A stretch of 64,000 nucleotides of DNA from Gemmatimonadales bacterium (GCA_036377715.1 DASUXW010000194.1:528-64527), one strand, 5' to 3'; shown: positions 9,555-19,551, counted from the first letter of the stretch. Numbers and translations: made by a program. Notes: generated from the sequence alone by a model not told the origin.

Positions 9555-10760
9555 ATGGGCTACACCATGACCATCGGCTTCTCCCGGACACGCCTGGCAC
9601 GCATGCGCACGGCGCTGCAGCGCCATGTCGACAACGGCCGGGTTCCCGGCCTCGTGGCCCTCGTCTGGCATCGAGGCCGCGAGCACGTCGAGACGATCGG
9701 CACGTTGGGCTTCGACACCCAGGCGCCCATCCGACGGGACACTCTCTTCCGCCTCGCCTCGACCACCAAGCCGATCACCGCCGCCGCCGCGATGATCCTG
9801 GCGGAGGAGTGCAGGCTCAGGCTGGACGACCCCGTAGACCCGTTGCTCCCCGAGCTGGCGAACCGCCGGGTGCTGCGCAGCATCGAGCGCCCGCTCGACG
9901 ACACCGTGCCGGCCGAGCGGCCCATAACGCTGCGCGACCTGCTCACCTTCCGCTCGGGCTATGGCGAGGTGGGCTTCATCTCGCCCGCGTGTCCGCTCCA
10001 GCAGGCCCTGGCCGACGCCCGTCTGCCGCTCTACCAGTGGCCGTTCGCCGGCACACCGGACGAGTTGATGCGGCGGCTGGGAGCGCTCCCGCTCGCCGCT
10101 CAGCCCGGCGAACGATGGCTGTACCACATGGGGGCCGAGATCCTGGGAGTGCTGATCGCCCGCGCGACCGGGCAGCCTTTGGGTGGGTTCATGCGCGAGC
10201 GCATCTTCGAGCCGCTTGGCATGGCCGACACCGGCTTCCTGGTCCCGGAAGACCAGCTCGGCCGGCTTCCGGCCTGCTACGGATCGGACCTCTTCACCGG
10301 CAAGCTCGCAGTGCTGTACGAGGCGGGTCGCGGCTACGCGTCGCAGCCGCCCCTGTTCGAATCCGGTGCCGGAGGACTGGTCTCGACGGCAGACGATCTG
10401 CTCGCCTTCGGCCTGATGATGCTCATGCGGCGCGGCGAGCGCGTTCTCTCCCGGCCCACGATCGAGCTGATGACCACCGACCAGCTCACGCCCGCGCAGA
10501 AGGCGATCTCGCCGTTCTTCCCGCACTTCTGGGACGCGCACGGCTGGGGACTTGGCCTGGGAATCGTCACAGCGCGCGATGACGTCGCCGATGTGCCCGG
10601 AAAGTTCGGCTGGGACGGCGCGTTCGGCACGTCGCTCTGGATGGACCCCGGGGAGGAGCTGGTGGGTGTGCTCCTGACCCAGCGCCGGCCCGAGCAGCTC
10701 GCGCTGCCGCCCGTCGTGCGGGACTTCTGGACCTCGGCGTATCAGTTGATCGCGGACTGA
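9555..10760 (+). CDS. serine hydrolase (class C beta-lactamase/esterase family)
   Basis: Internal ATG at 9555 of track ORF 9426..10760. SxxK motif STTKPITAAAAM and the general beta-lactamase-family pattern. Confidence 0.88.
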   Translation: MGYTMTIGFSRTRLARMRTALQRHVDNGRVPGLVALVWHRGREHVETIGTLGFDTQAPIRRDTLFRLASTTKPITAAAAMILAEECRLRLDDPVDPLLPELANRRVLRSIERPLDDTVPAERPITLRDLLTFRSGYGEVGFISPACPLQQALADARLPLYQWPFAGTPDELMRRLGALPLAAQPGERWLYHMGAEILGVLIARATGQPLGGFMRERIFEPLGMADTGFLVPEDQLGRLPACYGSDLFTGKLAVLYEAGRGYASQPPLFESGAGGLVSTADDLLAFGLMMLMRRGERVLSRPTIELMTTDQLTPAQKAISPFFPHFWDAHGWGLGLGIVTARDDVADVPGKFGWDGAFGTSLWMDPGEELVGVLLTQRRPEQLALPPVVRDFWTSAYQLIAD

Positions 10761-12088
10761 TCGACCGGGAACTCCCCGGTGATGTCCGCCGCCGAGACCG
10801 TCAGCGCGGCGGCCGTCGCCGGCGTCTCGGGTGCCAGCGCGCCGGCGAGCCCCCAGGCGAACGGCAGCATCGCGATGACCATGAGCCCCGCGGTCCAGAA
10901 CGGCACCCCGACGCCGAGCCCGTCCATCATGAGTCCCGCGCCGATCGGAAACAGCACCCGCGACACCCCACCGAACGTGTGCTGCACGCCCATGTAGAGG
11001 CCGCGCTCGTTGCCGGGGACGACGCGTGAGAGCAGGCCGGTCACGCAGGGGAAAAGGAAGGCGGTGCCGAGCGGCATGAGAGTGAAGCCGAGCAGCAGGA
11101 CAGCCCAGCTCCCCGAAAGTCCCGTACAGCCGAGGCCCGCGGCCAGGAGCACCAGCCCCACCCGCGAGAGCCGCACCTCGCCGAGCAGGTCCACCATGCG
11201 CCCGAGAATGAGCGAGCGCACCACGACGCCCATCCCGCCCAGGTACATGATGAAGTAGCCGATGTTCTGCTCGTTCACCGCGAGACGACGGGCGAGGAGC
11301 AGTGGGACAACCTGAATCGTGCCGTAGAACGCACCGATGCCGATGGTGTAGATCCAGATCAGGCGCGAGGCCGGCTCGTACCAGTGGGAGACGACGCGGC
11401 CGATGGCCTGCCCCGTGCCGGTGGCGGAGCGCGCGACGTGCGATGCCGTGGTCGTGAGCTCGCGCGACTCGCCCAGATAGCGCGCGGCGAACACCGCGAC
11501 CAGCAACGCGAGCGCGGCCGCGGCCAGCCCGGGCGCCTCCTTCCCTCCCACGCTGATCATGGCCGATCCGAACGCCGGCCCCGCGACGGCACCCAGGCTG
11601 GTCACCGCTGACAGCCAGCCCAGGCTCTTGGTGCGCTCGTCGGGGTCGGAGACGTCGGCCACGTACGCCTGCACCACCCCGATGGTCCCGCCGCCCAGAC
11701 CCTGCACCAGTCGGGAGACGAGCAGCGCGAGCACCGATCCGGCGAAGGCAAAGATGACGTACGCGCCCGCGCTGAGCAGCAGGCCGGCGAGAATGGCGGG
11801 GCGGCGGCCGTAGCGGTCGGAGAAACGTCCCCACACGGGCGCCACCACGAGCTGCGCGACGGAGAACGCCGAGACCAGCACGCCCACCGTGGTCGCGCTG
11901 GCGCCGAGGTCGGTCGCGTAGAACGGGAGCAGCGGGACGATGATGGTGAGGCCCACCATGTCCACGAAGGCGGTGACGAACAGGACGGGCAGTCGTCCCC
12001 GGAAGGCGATCGGCGCCAGGATGCGGTCCTTGGGAATCGGGCTGACGCAACGATGCACCCCAGGAGGGCAACCCGCCAGGATCGTCAT
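10742..12088 (-). CDS. MFS transporter (drug:H+ antiporter/TCR-like)
   Basis: 448-aa ORF with 12 predicted TM helices. MFS signature GRFSDRYGRRPAILAG. Confidence 0.9.
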   Translation of the reverse strand: MTILAGCPPGVHRCVSPIPKDRILAPIAFRGRLPVLFVTAFVDMVGLTIIVPLLPFYATDLGASATTVGVLVSAFSVAQLVVAPVWGRFSDRYGRRPAILAGLLLSAGAYVIFAFAGSVLALLVSRLVQGLGGGTIGVVQAYVADVSDPDERTKSLGWLSAVTSLGAVAGPAFGSAMISVGGKEAPGLAAAALALLVAVFAARYLGESRELTTTASHVARSATGTGQAIGRVVSHWYEPASRLIWIYTIGIGAFYGTIQVVPLLLARRLAVNEQNIGYFIMYLGGMGVVVRSLILGRMVDLLGEVRLSRVGLVLLAAGLGCTGLSGSWAVLLLGFTLMPLGTAFLFPCVTGLLSRVVPGNERGLYMGVQHTFGGVSRVLFPIGAGLMMDGLGVGVPFWTAGLMVIAMLPFAWGLAGALAPETPATAAALTVSAADITGEFPVDQSAIN

Positions 12089-12157
12089 CCGGAGGACCGA
12101 CAGCAGCGCTGGCTGGGGAAGCCGGCGCGCAACTCTATCAGCGGACCGTGGGCACCT

Positions 12158-13141
12158 TCAGACGACGATCCTCCCGCTGGAGGCGAGCGCCAGATCTTCC
12201 GCGCCCCGACCGCTCGCCCGCGTGGGCACCACCAGCACCGGCCGGTCCGTGTGACGGATGACGTCGTCGGCCACGCTACCCAGGAGCAGGCGCTCGGCGC
12301 CGGTGGGCGCGTGCGTCCCCATGACGACGAGATCACTCTGGCAGGCCCGGGCGGAGGCGAGGATCTGCTGGGACACGGGACGGCCTGCCAGCACCCTCGT
12401 GAAAGCGGTACCCCCGGCCGCGCGCAGCGGGCCGGCCATGGCCTGGAGCGCGGTGTGCGCGCCCGCGACCCGCTGCTCACGCCAGTCCGGAGCCACTTGC
12501 TCGGGAAAGAGGACGATCCTGGCAAGCACCGCGGCCGGTTGCTCGATCACGTGCACGAGCGTGTAGGCCGTGGAGTGAGCCAGGGACCCGAGCGCCGCCG
12601 CAGCCTCCAGCACCACCCCTGCACCTGCCGTCCCATCCAGCGCCACCAGCACCGTGCCGAAGCTCGCGGGCCGGTTCACCACCGCGGTCTCGGGGGGGAA
12701 CAGGAGCACCGGAACGGCCACCGAGCGCAGGATCTCTTCGGCCACGCTCCCGAGCGCCAGCCGCTTGAGACCGCTCCGGCCGTGCGTCGTCGTGACGATG
12801 AGGTCGATGGCATTCGCCCGGGCGTAGGCACCGATGGCCGGCGCCGGCGGGCCGAAGAGCAGCGCGTGTCGCACCGGCGACGCACAGCGGGCGGAGAGCT
12901 CCCGCGCCGTGCCCTGCAGGTAGATGTCGAGCCGCGCCCGCTCCTCCTCCAGCATGTCGGGCGGAATCGGAGCGTCCGGGTTCATGACCGGCGGCATGGG
13001 AGGCTGCACCGTCACCAGATGCAGAGATGCACCGGCCGCGTCCGCCAGGGTCATCGCCGCCGGAAGCGCCTGTTCGGCCAGAGCGGAGCCGTCGAGCGGA
13101 ACGAGGATCGCCTTGAATGGCTGGGTATTCATCGTAGTCAC
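12158..13141 (-). CDS. universal stress protein, tandem Usp domains
   Basis: 327-aa ORF. Two repeats of the ILVPLDGS...A / VLVALDGT... and ...GTHG/TTHGRSG...LGSVA pattern. Confidence 0.9.
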   Translation of the reverse strand: MTTMNTQPFKAILVPLDGSALAEQALPAAMTLADAAGASLHLVTVQPPMPPVMNPDAPIPPDMLEEERARLDIYLQGTARELSARCASPVRHALLFGPPAPAIGAYARANAIDLIVTTTHGRSGLKRLALGSVAEEILRSVAVPVLLFPPETAVVNRPASFGTVLVALDGTAGAGVVLEAAAALGSLAHSTAYTLVHVIEQPAAVLARIVLFPEQVAPDWREQRVAGAHTALQAMAGPLRAAGGTAFTRVLAGRPVSQQILASARACQSDLVVMGTHAPTGAERLLLGSVADDVIRHTDRPVLVVPTRASGRGAEDLALASSGRIVV

Positions 13142-13368
13142 CTTCCGTGGGGTGTCGGGCTCAACATTCCACCCCGCCGCTGAAGCGGTGGTGATGCCGC
13201 TGCGAAGGATCCTTCACCAAATTGTCGGCCGGCGCGCAAGCTGATCGCCGCGCGCGGGTTACGAGGTTCTGTGTCGGGGGAATCCTCCAGCCCGTGCCCT
13301 GTCGCACCGCGGGCCGGCCAGCCCGGGTCGAGCCTTACCGAGGCGAGACTGCGGAAGGTGGGCGATCG

Positions 13369-13980
13369 GTGAGCGCGAGAACTGGACACCGGAGAGGAAT
13401 CGCGATCGAGCACGCCGCCGTGATTCTGGCGTTGCTCGCCGGACTCCTGTGCACCCGGCCGGCCCGGCTGCAGGGACAGCGGTTGGAGCTTCGGCCCATG
13501 TCGGGGCTGCAGTCGCCGTCGCGATTTTCGCTGCGCGGAGACGGTCCTCACGTCCGGCAGAAGTTCAGCGTGTTCGTCGGCGCCAGGCTCGCGGTCTTCT
13601 GGAACAGCCGTCTCGACGTGGTCAACGAGCTGCGGTACATCCCGGGAACCGCCGTTCTCCGGGGCACCGCCCAGGGAATCGCCCTTGGAACGACCGCGCA
13701 CCTGCTCTCCCTCACGACGCGGGTGCGCTACTGGCTCCTCCCGCCGACGCGCCGGCTGGCCTGGGAGGTACACTCGGGCGTCGGCGCGGCGTTCGGGGGA
13801 ACGCAGAAGTACGGGGATCTCTTCGAGCACACCATGGTGGGCGGAGTCGTCGGAACCGTGCTGCGCTACCAGGTCCTGCCTCGAGTGTGCGTTCAGGTCC
13901 AGCTGCAGGACTACCTCAGGTCCTACCGGCCGCTGCGAATCTCGTTCGGGATTGGGCTCCCGATGGCTGCCGCTCCCTGA
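13369..13980 (+). CDS. hypothetical secreted/outer-membrane-like protein
   Basis: GTG at 13369 preceded by GGAAGGTGGG, inside track ORF 13222..13980. Signal-like AAVILALLAGLLC, with beta-rich remainder. The start is uncertain. Confidence 0.45.
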   Translation: MSARTGHRRGIAIEHAAVILALLAGLLCTRPARLQGQRLELRPMSGLQSPSRFSLRGDGPHVRQKFSVFVGARLAVFWNSRLDVVNELRYIPGTAVLRGTAQGIALGTTAHLLSLTTRVRYWLLPPTRRLAWEVHSGVGAAFGGTQKYGDLFEHTMVGGVVGTVLRYQVLPRVCVQVQLQDYLRSYRPLRISFGIGLPMAAAP

Positions 13981-14582
13981 GGCCAGGCCCGCGCGATCGT
14001 CAGCACGCCAGCCACCACGATGACCGCGCCCACGACCCGCGCCACCCGCACAGGGGCCGGTGCCAGCCGCTCCGCGCCGATCGCGAGCCCCGCCGCGGCC
14101 ATCGCGACCGGGTTCATCATCCCGGCCACGAGAAGCGCAAGCATCAGGTTGCCGCAGCAAAGGCCGCACCGCACGCCCGACCAGATGCCGTGCCGAAGCG
14201 CGCCAAGCGCTCCGCGCGCGGGCGCACAGCCGCACCCCGTCCAGGCTCGGCAGAGCGCCAGCTGCCGCATCTTCCACGATGTAAACTGCAAAGCGGCCGC
14301 CGCGAGGAGCACCGCGCCGGCCGCCATCGGCATCCCTCGCGCCGACATCCCCCAGCGCGTTTCAGCCACCATGATCCCGGCGCTGGCGGCCCAGGCGACC
14401 ACACCGGTGACCGCCCAAACCGCGTAGTAACCCACGCCGACCACCGCCGTCAGTCCGTGCAGACGCATCGCTTCGACCTCGCGCACGGACCGGCGGTAGC
14501 GCCACAGCATCGGGGCCAGCGATGGAAGCATCATCGGCACCATCATGGCCATCCACATACCCAGGTAGCCGGCCGGGCGCAT
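13923..14582 (-). CDS. DUF2182 (predicted metal-binding) integral membrane protein, N-terminally short
   Basis: 219-aa ORF. GMWMAMMVPMMLPSLAPML and the C-terminal CGLCCGNLMLALLVAGMMN motifs are as I recall for DUF2182. Confidence 0.8.
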   Translation of the reverse strand: MRPAGYLGMWMAMMVPMMLPSLAPMLWRYRRSVREVEAMRLHGLTAVVGVGYYAVWAVTGVVAWAASAGIMVAETRWGMSARGMPMAAGAVLLAAAALQFTSWKMRQLALCRAWTGCGCAPARGALGALRHGIWSGVRCGLCCGNLMLALLVAGMMNPVAMAAAGLAIGAERLAPAPVRVARVVGAVIVVAGVLTIARAWPQGAAAIGSPIPNEIRSGR

Positions 14583-14585
14583 GGC

Positions 14586-15308
14586 TCAGCTCTCGTACTG
14601 ATCGTGGCGCCGGACCCACTTCTGAGCCTGGCCGTCCTCGTCGCGTCCCCTCGGCGTCAGGTCGATGTAGTTGTACGCGCCGTTCAGCAGGTCGATCCCG
14701 CGCGAGTACGTCGAGTAGGTATGATAGATGTCGCCCGTTGCGTCCTTGTAGAACACGCTCACGCCGGGCATCTCCTCACCGACTCCACGGACCGTGCCGT
14801 AGTTGTAGCCCGCCTCGCGGCGCTTCGCTTGGTCCGGGTCGAACGAGACGCCGAAATCCTGGTTGAAGTCGCTTCCGCCGGAGGAGACCCATTTGAAGCT
14901 CCAGCCCATCCGCTGCCGGTACGCCTCGAGCTTCTCGAGCGGCGCGCGCGAGATCGCAAGAAAGCTGATGTCGCGATGGGCCAGGTGAATGTCGATCCCG
15001 TTGAAGCTGTCGGCCCAGAACGAGCAGCCGGGACAGCCCTCGTTCCACGCGGGGTGGAACATGAAGTGGTAGACGACCAGCTGGCTCCTACCGACGAACA
15101 GATCGGCCAGCGTCTCCCTGCCCCCCGGGCCGTCGAACACGTAGGACTTGGCGACCTTTTCCCACGGTAGCTCGCGGCGTAGTCGGCTCAGGTCGTCGTG
15201 GAGCCGGGTGAGCTCCTTCTCCTTTGCCATAAGCGCGATCCGCGCTGCGATCCACTCGTCGTGTGAAACCACGGGCTGGCTTCGGGTGGGGATGCTCTGG
15301 GTTGCCAT
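14586..15308 (-). CDS. DUF899 thioredoxin-like protein
   Basis: Internal ATG (MATQSIP) of track ORF 14586..15350. The CPGCSFWADSFNG motif and overall DUF899 pattern. Confidence 0.88.
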   Translation of the reverse strand: MATQSIPTRSQPVVSHDEWIAARIALMAKEKELTRLHDDLSRLRRELPWEKVAKSYVFDGPGGRETLADLFVGRSQLVVYHFMFHPAWNEGCPGCSFWADSFNGIDIHLAHRDISFLAISRAPLEKLEAYRQRMGWSFKWVSSGGSDFNQDFGVSFDPDQAKRREAGYNYGTVRGVGEEMPGVSVFYKDATGDIYHTYSTYSRGIDLLNGAYNYIDLTPRGRDEDGQAQKWVRRHDQYES

Positions 15309-15369
15309 GACTCCTCCTCGGGTGGTGGGGTGGCGCGACCGCACCTGCATCGCTAACGTTCTACCGTTC

Positions 15370-15402
15370 GGTTGACAATATATTATTCAACCAGAAGGTT
15401 GA
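15370..15402. promoter_or_regulatory. candidate ArsR-type operator: three GGTTG/CAACC half-sites around an AT-rich core
   Basis: GGTTGAcaatatattatTCAACCagaaGGTTGA lies immediately upstream of the arsR-like start (15410). It is the only strongly AT-rich island in the 102-bp divergent spacer and also contains TTGACA. Confidence 0.5.
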
Positions 15403-15409
15403 GCGCAAG

Positions 15410-15727
15410 ATGCTGGATCAAGTCTATGGCGCGCTTGCAGATCCGACTCGACGCGAGATCCTGGGCATCCTCGCGGAGGGGGAGGCCAACGTCGGGGCGC
15501 TGGCGGAACGGTTCCCGATCTCGCTCAATGCCGTGTCCAAGCACCTCAAGGTGCTCGAGCGGGCCGGGCTGATCGATCGCACCATTCACGGCAGAGAGCA
15601 CCGGCTGCGGCTGAATGCGGAGCCGCTCAGGGATGCCTCGATGTGGCTGGAGCACTACCGCACCTTCTGGGAGGACCGCCTGGCGGCGCTGGAATCGTAC
15701 CTGTTGCAGAAGGAGCGCGAGCGATGA
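15410..15727 (+). CDS. ArsR/SmtB-family transcriptional regulator
   Basis: 105-aa ORF. LADPTRREILGIL...VGALAERFPISLNAVSKHLKVLERAGLI winged-HTH signature. Confidence 0.93.
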   Translation: MLDQVYGALADPTRREILGILAEGEANVGALAERFPISLNAVSKHLKVLERAGLIDRTIHGREHRLRLNAEPLRDASMWLEHYRTFWEDRLAALESYLLQKERER

Positions 15728-16170
15728 CATCGACCGACGAAGCGGCACCGGTCGTGGTGGTGCGGCGGCACTTCGCGGTGCCGAGGGAGCGCGTCTTCCA
15801 GGCGTGGCTCGACTCGGAAAGCCTGGCGCACTGGATGGCCCCGAGGTCCGCCGGCTTCACCCACGCCACCGTCGCCGTCGACGCCCGGGTAGGCGGCGGG
15901 TTCCGGATCGTGATGGAGGGACGGCCGGAGGGCGGCGTCGAGCATTACGGCGACTACCTGGCCATCGAGCCGCCGTCGCTGCTGTCGTTCACCTGGATCA
16001 GCCGGAACACCGATGACAGGCCTACGGTCGTCACGGTCGAGTTTCGTGAGCGGGGGACGGGAACCGACGTGGTCCTCACGCATCGAGGCCTGCCGGCCCG
16101 GTCGGTCGAGGGACATCGGCGCGGATGGACGGAGCTCCTGGGAGCACTCGACGAGGCGCTGACGGGTTGA
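15724..16170 (+). CDS. SRPBCC (AHSA1/START-like) domain protein
   Basis: ATG at 15724 overlaps the arsR stop (ATGA). PRERVFQAWLDSESLAHWM...GGGFRIVM...FTW pattern. This is a common ArsR partner gene. Confidence 0.88.
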   Translation: MTSTDEAAPVVVVRRHFAVPRERVFQAWLDSESLAHWMAPRSAGFTHATVAVDARVGGGFRIVMEGRPEGGVEHYGDYLAIEPPSLLSFTWISRNTDDRPTVVTVEFRERGTGTDVVLTHRGLPARSVEGHRRGWTELLGALDEALTG

Positions 16171-16294
16171 CCGCCGGCTTGCGTTTCTGGGCCGGGGCCA
16201 TAGCCTGGAAAAGACCCTACTTCGGAAGGTCTCTCTGACCGGAACCCTGGAACGGCTAAGGCGAGCCACCCGGCTGTGTCTGGCGGCCCTGTGC

Positions 16295-16972
16295 GTGATC
16301 GCACCGAGGGCGCGGGCCGCCCAGGGCCCGCCCGACTCGGCGGTCTACCGGATTGCTCCGAGCAGCCGGCTCGTGGTCAAGACCGGCAAGTCGGGGCTCT
16401 TCGGCTTCGCCGGGCACACGCACGTGATCCGCGCGCGGTCCGTTTCCGGCGAGCTGGTCTACCGCCCGGGGCAGCCGACATCCCACCTCCAGCTCACCGT
16501 CCCGACCGACAGTCTCGAGGTGTTGACCCCACCCGACACCGCCGAGATCCGGAAGGTCACCGAGGCGATGCGCACGGAAGTGCTCCACGTGGACCGGTAC
16601 CCGGAGATGACCTTTGCCGCCGACTCGCTCGACGCGAAGAGCGGGAAAATGCAACTGCAGCTCGCGATCACGATGGAGGGCACCACCCGCACGCTGCCGG
16701 TGATGGCGGATGTGACCATCGGCGGCGACACGATCTCCGCCGCCGGCACGTTCACCGCGAAGCAGACCGATTTCGGGATCAAACCGTTCAGCGGGGGGCC
16801 GGCCGGCACCGTCAAGGTGGCCGACCGGGTGACGTTCTGCTTCGATCTCAGGGCCGTCCGCGGGCTGGCGGGATCTGGCGGGGCGCCCGGGCCGGCGATC
16901 GAAGCGACCACGGTGCCGGGGTGCGTAGACCAGCAGACGGACACCGCGAAGCGCGAGCGGCGGCCGATGTAG
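16295..16972 (+). CDS. YceI-family periplasmic polyisoprenoid-binding-like protein
   Basis: 225-aa track ORF (GTG start). SGLFGFAGHTHVIRA ... VLHVDRYPEMTF ... FGIKPFSGG motifs. The true start is possibly upstream (see findings). Confidence 0.85.
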   Translation: MIAPRARAAQGPPDSAVYRIAPSSRLVVKTGKSGLFGFAGHTHVIRARSVSGELVYRPGQPTSHLQLTVPTDSLEVLTPPDTAEIRKVTEAMRTEVLHVDRYPEMTFAADSLDAKSGKMQLQLAITMEGTTRTLPVMADVTIGGDTISAAGTFTAKQTDFGIKPFSGGPAGTVKVADRVTFCFDLRAVRGLAGSGGAPGPAIEATTVPGCVDQQTDTAKRERRPM

Positions 16973-16973
16973 C

Positions 16974-18221
16974 ATGAATCCTCTTCTGGTGCAGCGCCGC
17001 ACCCTGCGACTGCTCTTCCTCACCCAGATCATCAGCGGTATCGGGCTCGCGATCGGATCCTCGGTCGGGGCGCTGCTCGCCGCGGACATCGCCGGGGTCG
17101 GCGTGTCGGGCGCGGCCGTGAGCGCCAACGTGCTCGGTGCCGCGCTCTTTGCGGTGCCTGCCGCCGCGATCGTGCACCGGTATGGTCGCCGGCCGAGTCT
17201 CGCCACCTGCTATGTCCTGGCGGCGGCTGGAGCGATCCTCATCGTGACCGCCGCGGTGCGGAGCTCGATTCCGCTTCTGTTTCTCGGATACCTGCTGTTC
17301 GGCGGCGGCAGCGCCGCTGGGCTGCAGGCCCGGTACGCCGCCGTAGACCTGGCCCCGGCACCGCTCCGCGGCCGCCATCTCTCACTCATCGTGTGGGGCA
17401 CCACCGTGGGCGCCGTGGCGGGGCCGAGCCTCGCGGCTCCCGCGGGTGCCTTCCTCGATGGGTACGGCATACCCACCCTCGCCGGCCCGTTCGTCTTCTC
17501 CGCCCTGCTGTTCGGCGTGGCGGCGCTGCTGCTGCTGCTGCTCCTGCGGCCCGACCCGGCGGTCGTCGCCGGCGAAGTGCTCGGCAGTGCCGCCGGACCC
17601 AGGCCGCACGCCTCTCGCGGCGCGACGGCTACCGCGCTCGGCCTCATTGTGTCACGCGCGCCGGCCCGCCTCGGGGTGAGCACGATGGCCGTCGGTCATG
17701 TGGTCATGATCGGCGTGATGACCATGACCCCGGTCCACATCCGAAGCGCCGGCCATGACGCGGCGCACACGCTGCGCATCGTGGGCGTGGTCCTCAGCTC
17801 GCACATCGCGGGGATGTTTGCGTTCTCGCCGCTCGTCGGCTGGCTCACCGACCGGCTGGGGCGCCGGCCGGTCATCTTCGCCGGCATCGGACTGCTGCTC
17901 ACGGCGTGCGCGCTGGCGGGCACTGCCGGGCGGGAGACGGTACCGCTGGCCGGAAGCCTCATGCTGCTCGGCCTCGGCTGGTCGGCGACCATGGTGGCCG
18001 GGTCCACGCTGCTCAGCGAATCGGTCCCGGCGGAGCTGCGCCCCTCGGCTCAGGGGTTATCCGACCTGGCGATGGGACTGGCAGGTGCTTCGGCCGGGGC
18101 ACTGTCCGGCGTGGTGGTGCAGGCGTGGGGGTATCCGACGCTCACGCTGCTCGCGGCACTCGCGACGGCGCCGCTGATCGTGCTCGCCTCGCCGCCGCTG
18201 GTGGGTAGTCGGGCCGCGTGA
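16974..18221 (+). CDS. MFS transporter
   Basis: 415-aa ORF starting 2 nt after the YceI stop. 12 TM-like segments, with RYGRRPSL and DRLGRRPVIFAG loops. Confidence 0.9.
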   Translation: MNPLLVQRRTLRLLFLTQIISGIGLAIGSSVGALLAADIAGVGVSGAAVSANVLGAALFAVPAAAIVHRYGRRPSLATCYVLAAAGAILIVTAAVRSSIPLLFLGYLLFGGGSAAGLQARYAAVDLAPAPLRGRHLSLIVWGTTVGAVAGPSLAAPAGAFLDGYGIPTLAGPFVFSALLFGVAALLLLLLLRPDPAVVAGEVLGSAAGPRPHASRGATATALGLIVSRAPARLGVSTMAVGHVVMIGVMTMTPVHIRSAGHDAAHTLRIVGVVLSSHIAGMFAFSPLVGWLTDRLGRRPVIFAGIGLLLTACALAGTAGRETVPLAGSLMLLGLGWSATMVAGSTLLSESVPAELRPSAQGLSDLAMGLAGASAGALSGVVVQAWGYPTLTLLAALATAPLIVLASPPLVGSRAA

Positions 18222-18352
18222 ACGGCCCGCTCGAAACCCCGCTGATCCAGGTCGCGGGGATTCAAGACCGCGCCGAGGCCGAGCTGCTTCAGGCGTGCGG
18301 CATACGGTATCTCGGCTTCCCGCTGCGGCTGCCGGTGCACCGCAAAGACCGT

Positions 18353-18766
18353 TCAATCCTTTCCCGCCACCGGCACCAGTGCCGGCGCACCCTTCTTCTT
18401 GATCAGTACCACCACGAACCTGGCGGGTTTGGTCGTGCTCGCGTTCCGACCGACCACGTGCACATCGTCCAGGCCTTCATAGAACGTCTGCCCCGCAGTC
18501 AGCGTCACCGGCTCACCGCCCTCCACCTGCATCACGACCGAGCCTTCCAGGAAGTAGACCAGCGCATCGGCGTTGTGCCGGTGGACCGGGTCCGCGGAGC
18601 CGGGCGGATACTCCACCATCAGCATCAGAGCTTCCTTGCCCGGCACATCCGGCAGCTCTTTGGTCATCAGGGGCGTGACTACGGCCTGCTGCGCGGTCAG
18701 CGGGCCGCCGACGGCGCACAACAGCGCGCCGAGGAACCCGGCCACGGCAATGTTGGGGACTCGCAT
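18353..18766 (-). CDS. cupin-domain secreted protein
   Basis: Internal ATG ([16 protein letters not shown] signal) of track ORF 18353..18826. GSADPVHRHNADALVYFLEG cupin motif. The start overlaps the upstream stop as TGATG. Confidence 0.85.
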   Translation of the reverse strand: MRVPNIAVAGFLGALLCAVGGPLTAQQAVVTPLMTKELPDVPGKEALMLMVEYPPGSADPVHRHNADALVYFLEGSVVMQVEGGEPVTLTAGQTFYEGLDDVHVVGRNASTTKPARFVVVLIKKKGAPALVPVAGKD

Positions 18767-19551
18767 CAGGAGATCCTGCCGGCGGTGAGGCCGGCCGTGC
18801 GTTCGGCCGAAGCTTGCGCCAGCCAATCCTCGAACCGGATGTCGCCCAGCCGGGCATCGCCGGTCGGCACCAGCGCGCGCTCGCCCAGCACCGCGCCGAA
18901 ATAGCGGGCGTGCGGATCGCTGACCACCTCACGAGGATCGTGGCGCGCGGCCAACCCCAGTCTGATGAGCTCGTCGAATCGAAATTGCTCGGGTCCGGCC
19001 ACTTCGACGACGCCCTCAAGCGGCGATTCGAGGGCGACCCTGCAGACCGCGTTGGCCACGTCATCGGCGGCCATCGGCTGAAAGAGCACGGGCGGGATGC
19101 GTACCCGGCTGCCGATGGTCGCCTCGTCGGCGATGCGCCTGACGAACTCGAAGAATTGCGTCGCCCGGACGATCGAGAACGGGATCGCCGACTCTCGAAT
19201 CAGCTTCTCCTGGGCGACCTTGGCCCGGAGGTAGCCGCTCTCCGGGATGCGATCGCAGCCCACGACCGAGAGCGCGACGTGGTGGCTCACTCCCGCCGCG
19301 GCTTCGGCGGCCAGGAGGTTGCCGGTCGAGATCTCGAAGAACTTCAGCACCGCCGAGTCTTCGAACGAGGGCGAGTTGGAGACATCCACCACGACGGCGG
19401 CCCCGGCGAGCACCTGGTCCAGTCCGTCACCCGTCAGGGTGTTGACGCCCGTGCTCGGGGCCGCCGGCACCGCCTGATGGCCGCGGTCACGGAGCCGGGT
19501 GACGAGCTTCGACCCGATGAGTCCGGTGCCTCCGATGACGACGAGCTTCAT
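18766..19551 (-). CDS. NmrA/SDR-like NAD(P)H-binding protein
   Basis: 261-aa ORF. The N-terminal [17 protein letters not shown] Rossmann motif. Confidence 0.88.
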   Translation of the reverse strand: MKLVVIGGTGLIGSKLVTRLRDRGHQAVPAAPSTGVNTLTGDGLDQVLAGAAVVVDVSNSPSFEDSAVLKFFEISTGNLLAAEAAAGVSHHVALSVVGCDRIPESGYLRAKVAQEKLIRESAIPFSIVRATQFFEFVRRIADEATIGSRVRIPPVLFQPMAADDVANAVCRVALESPLEGVVEVAGPEQFRFDELIRLGLAARHDPREVVSDPHARYFGAVLGERALVPTGDARLGDIRFEDWLAQASAERTAGLTAGRIS

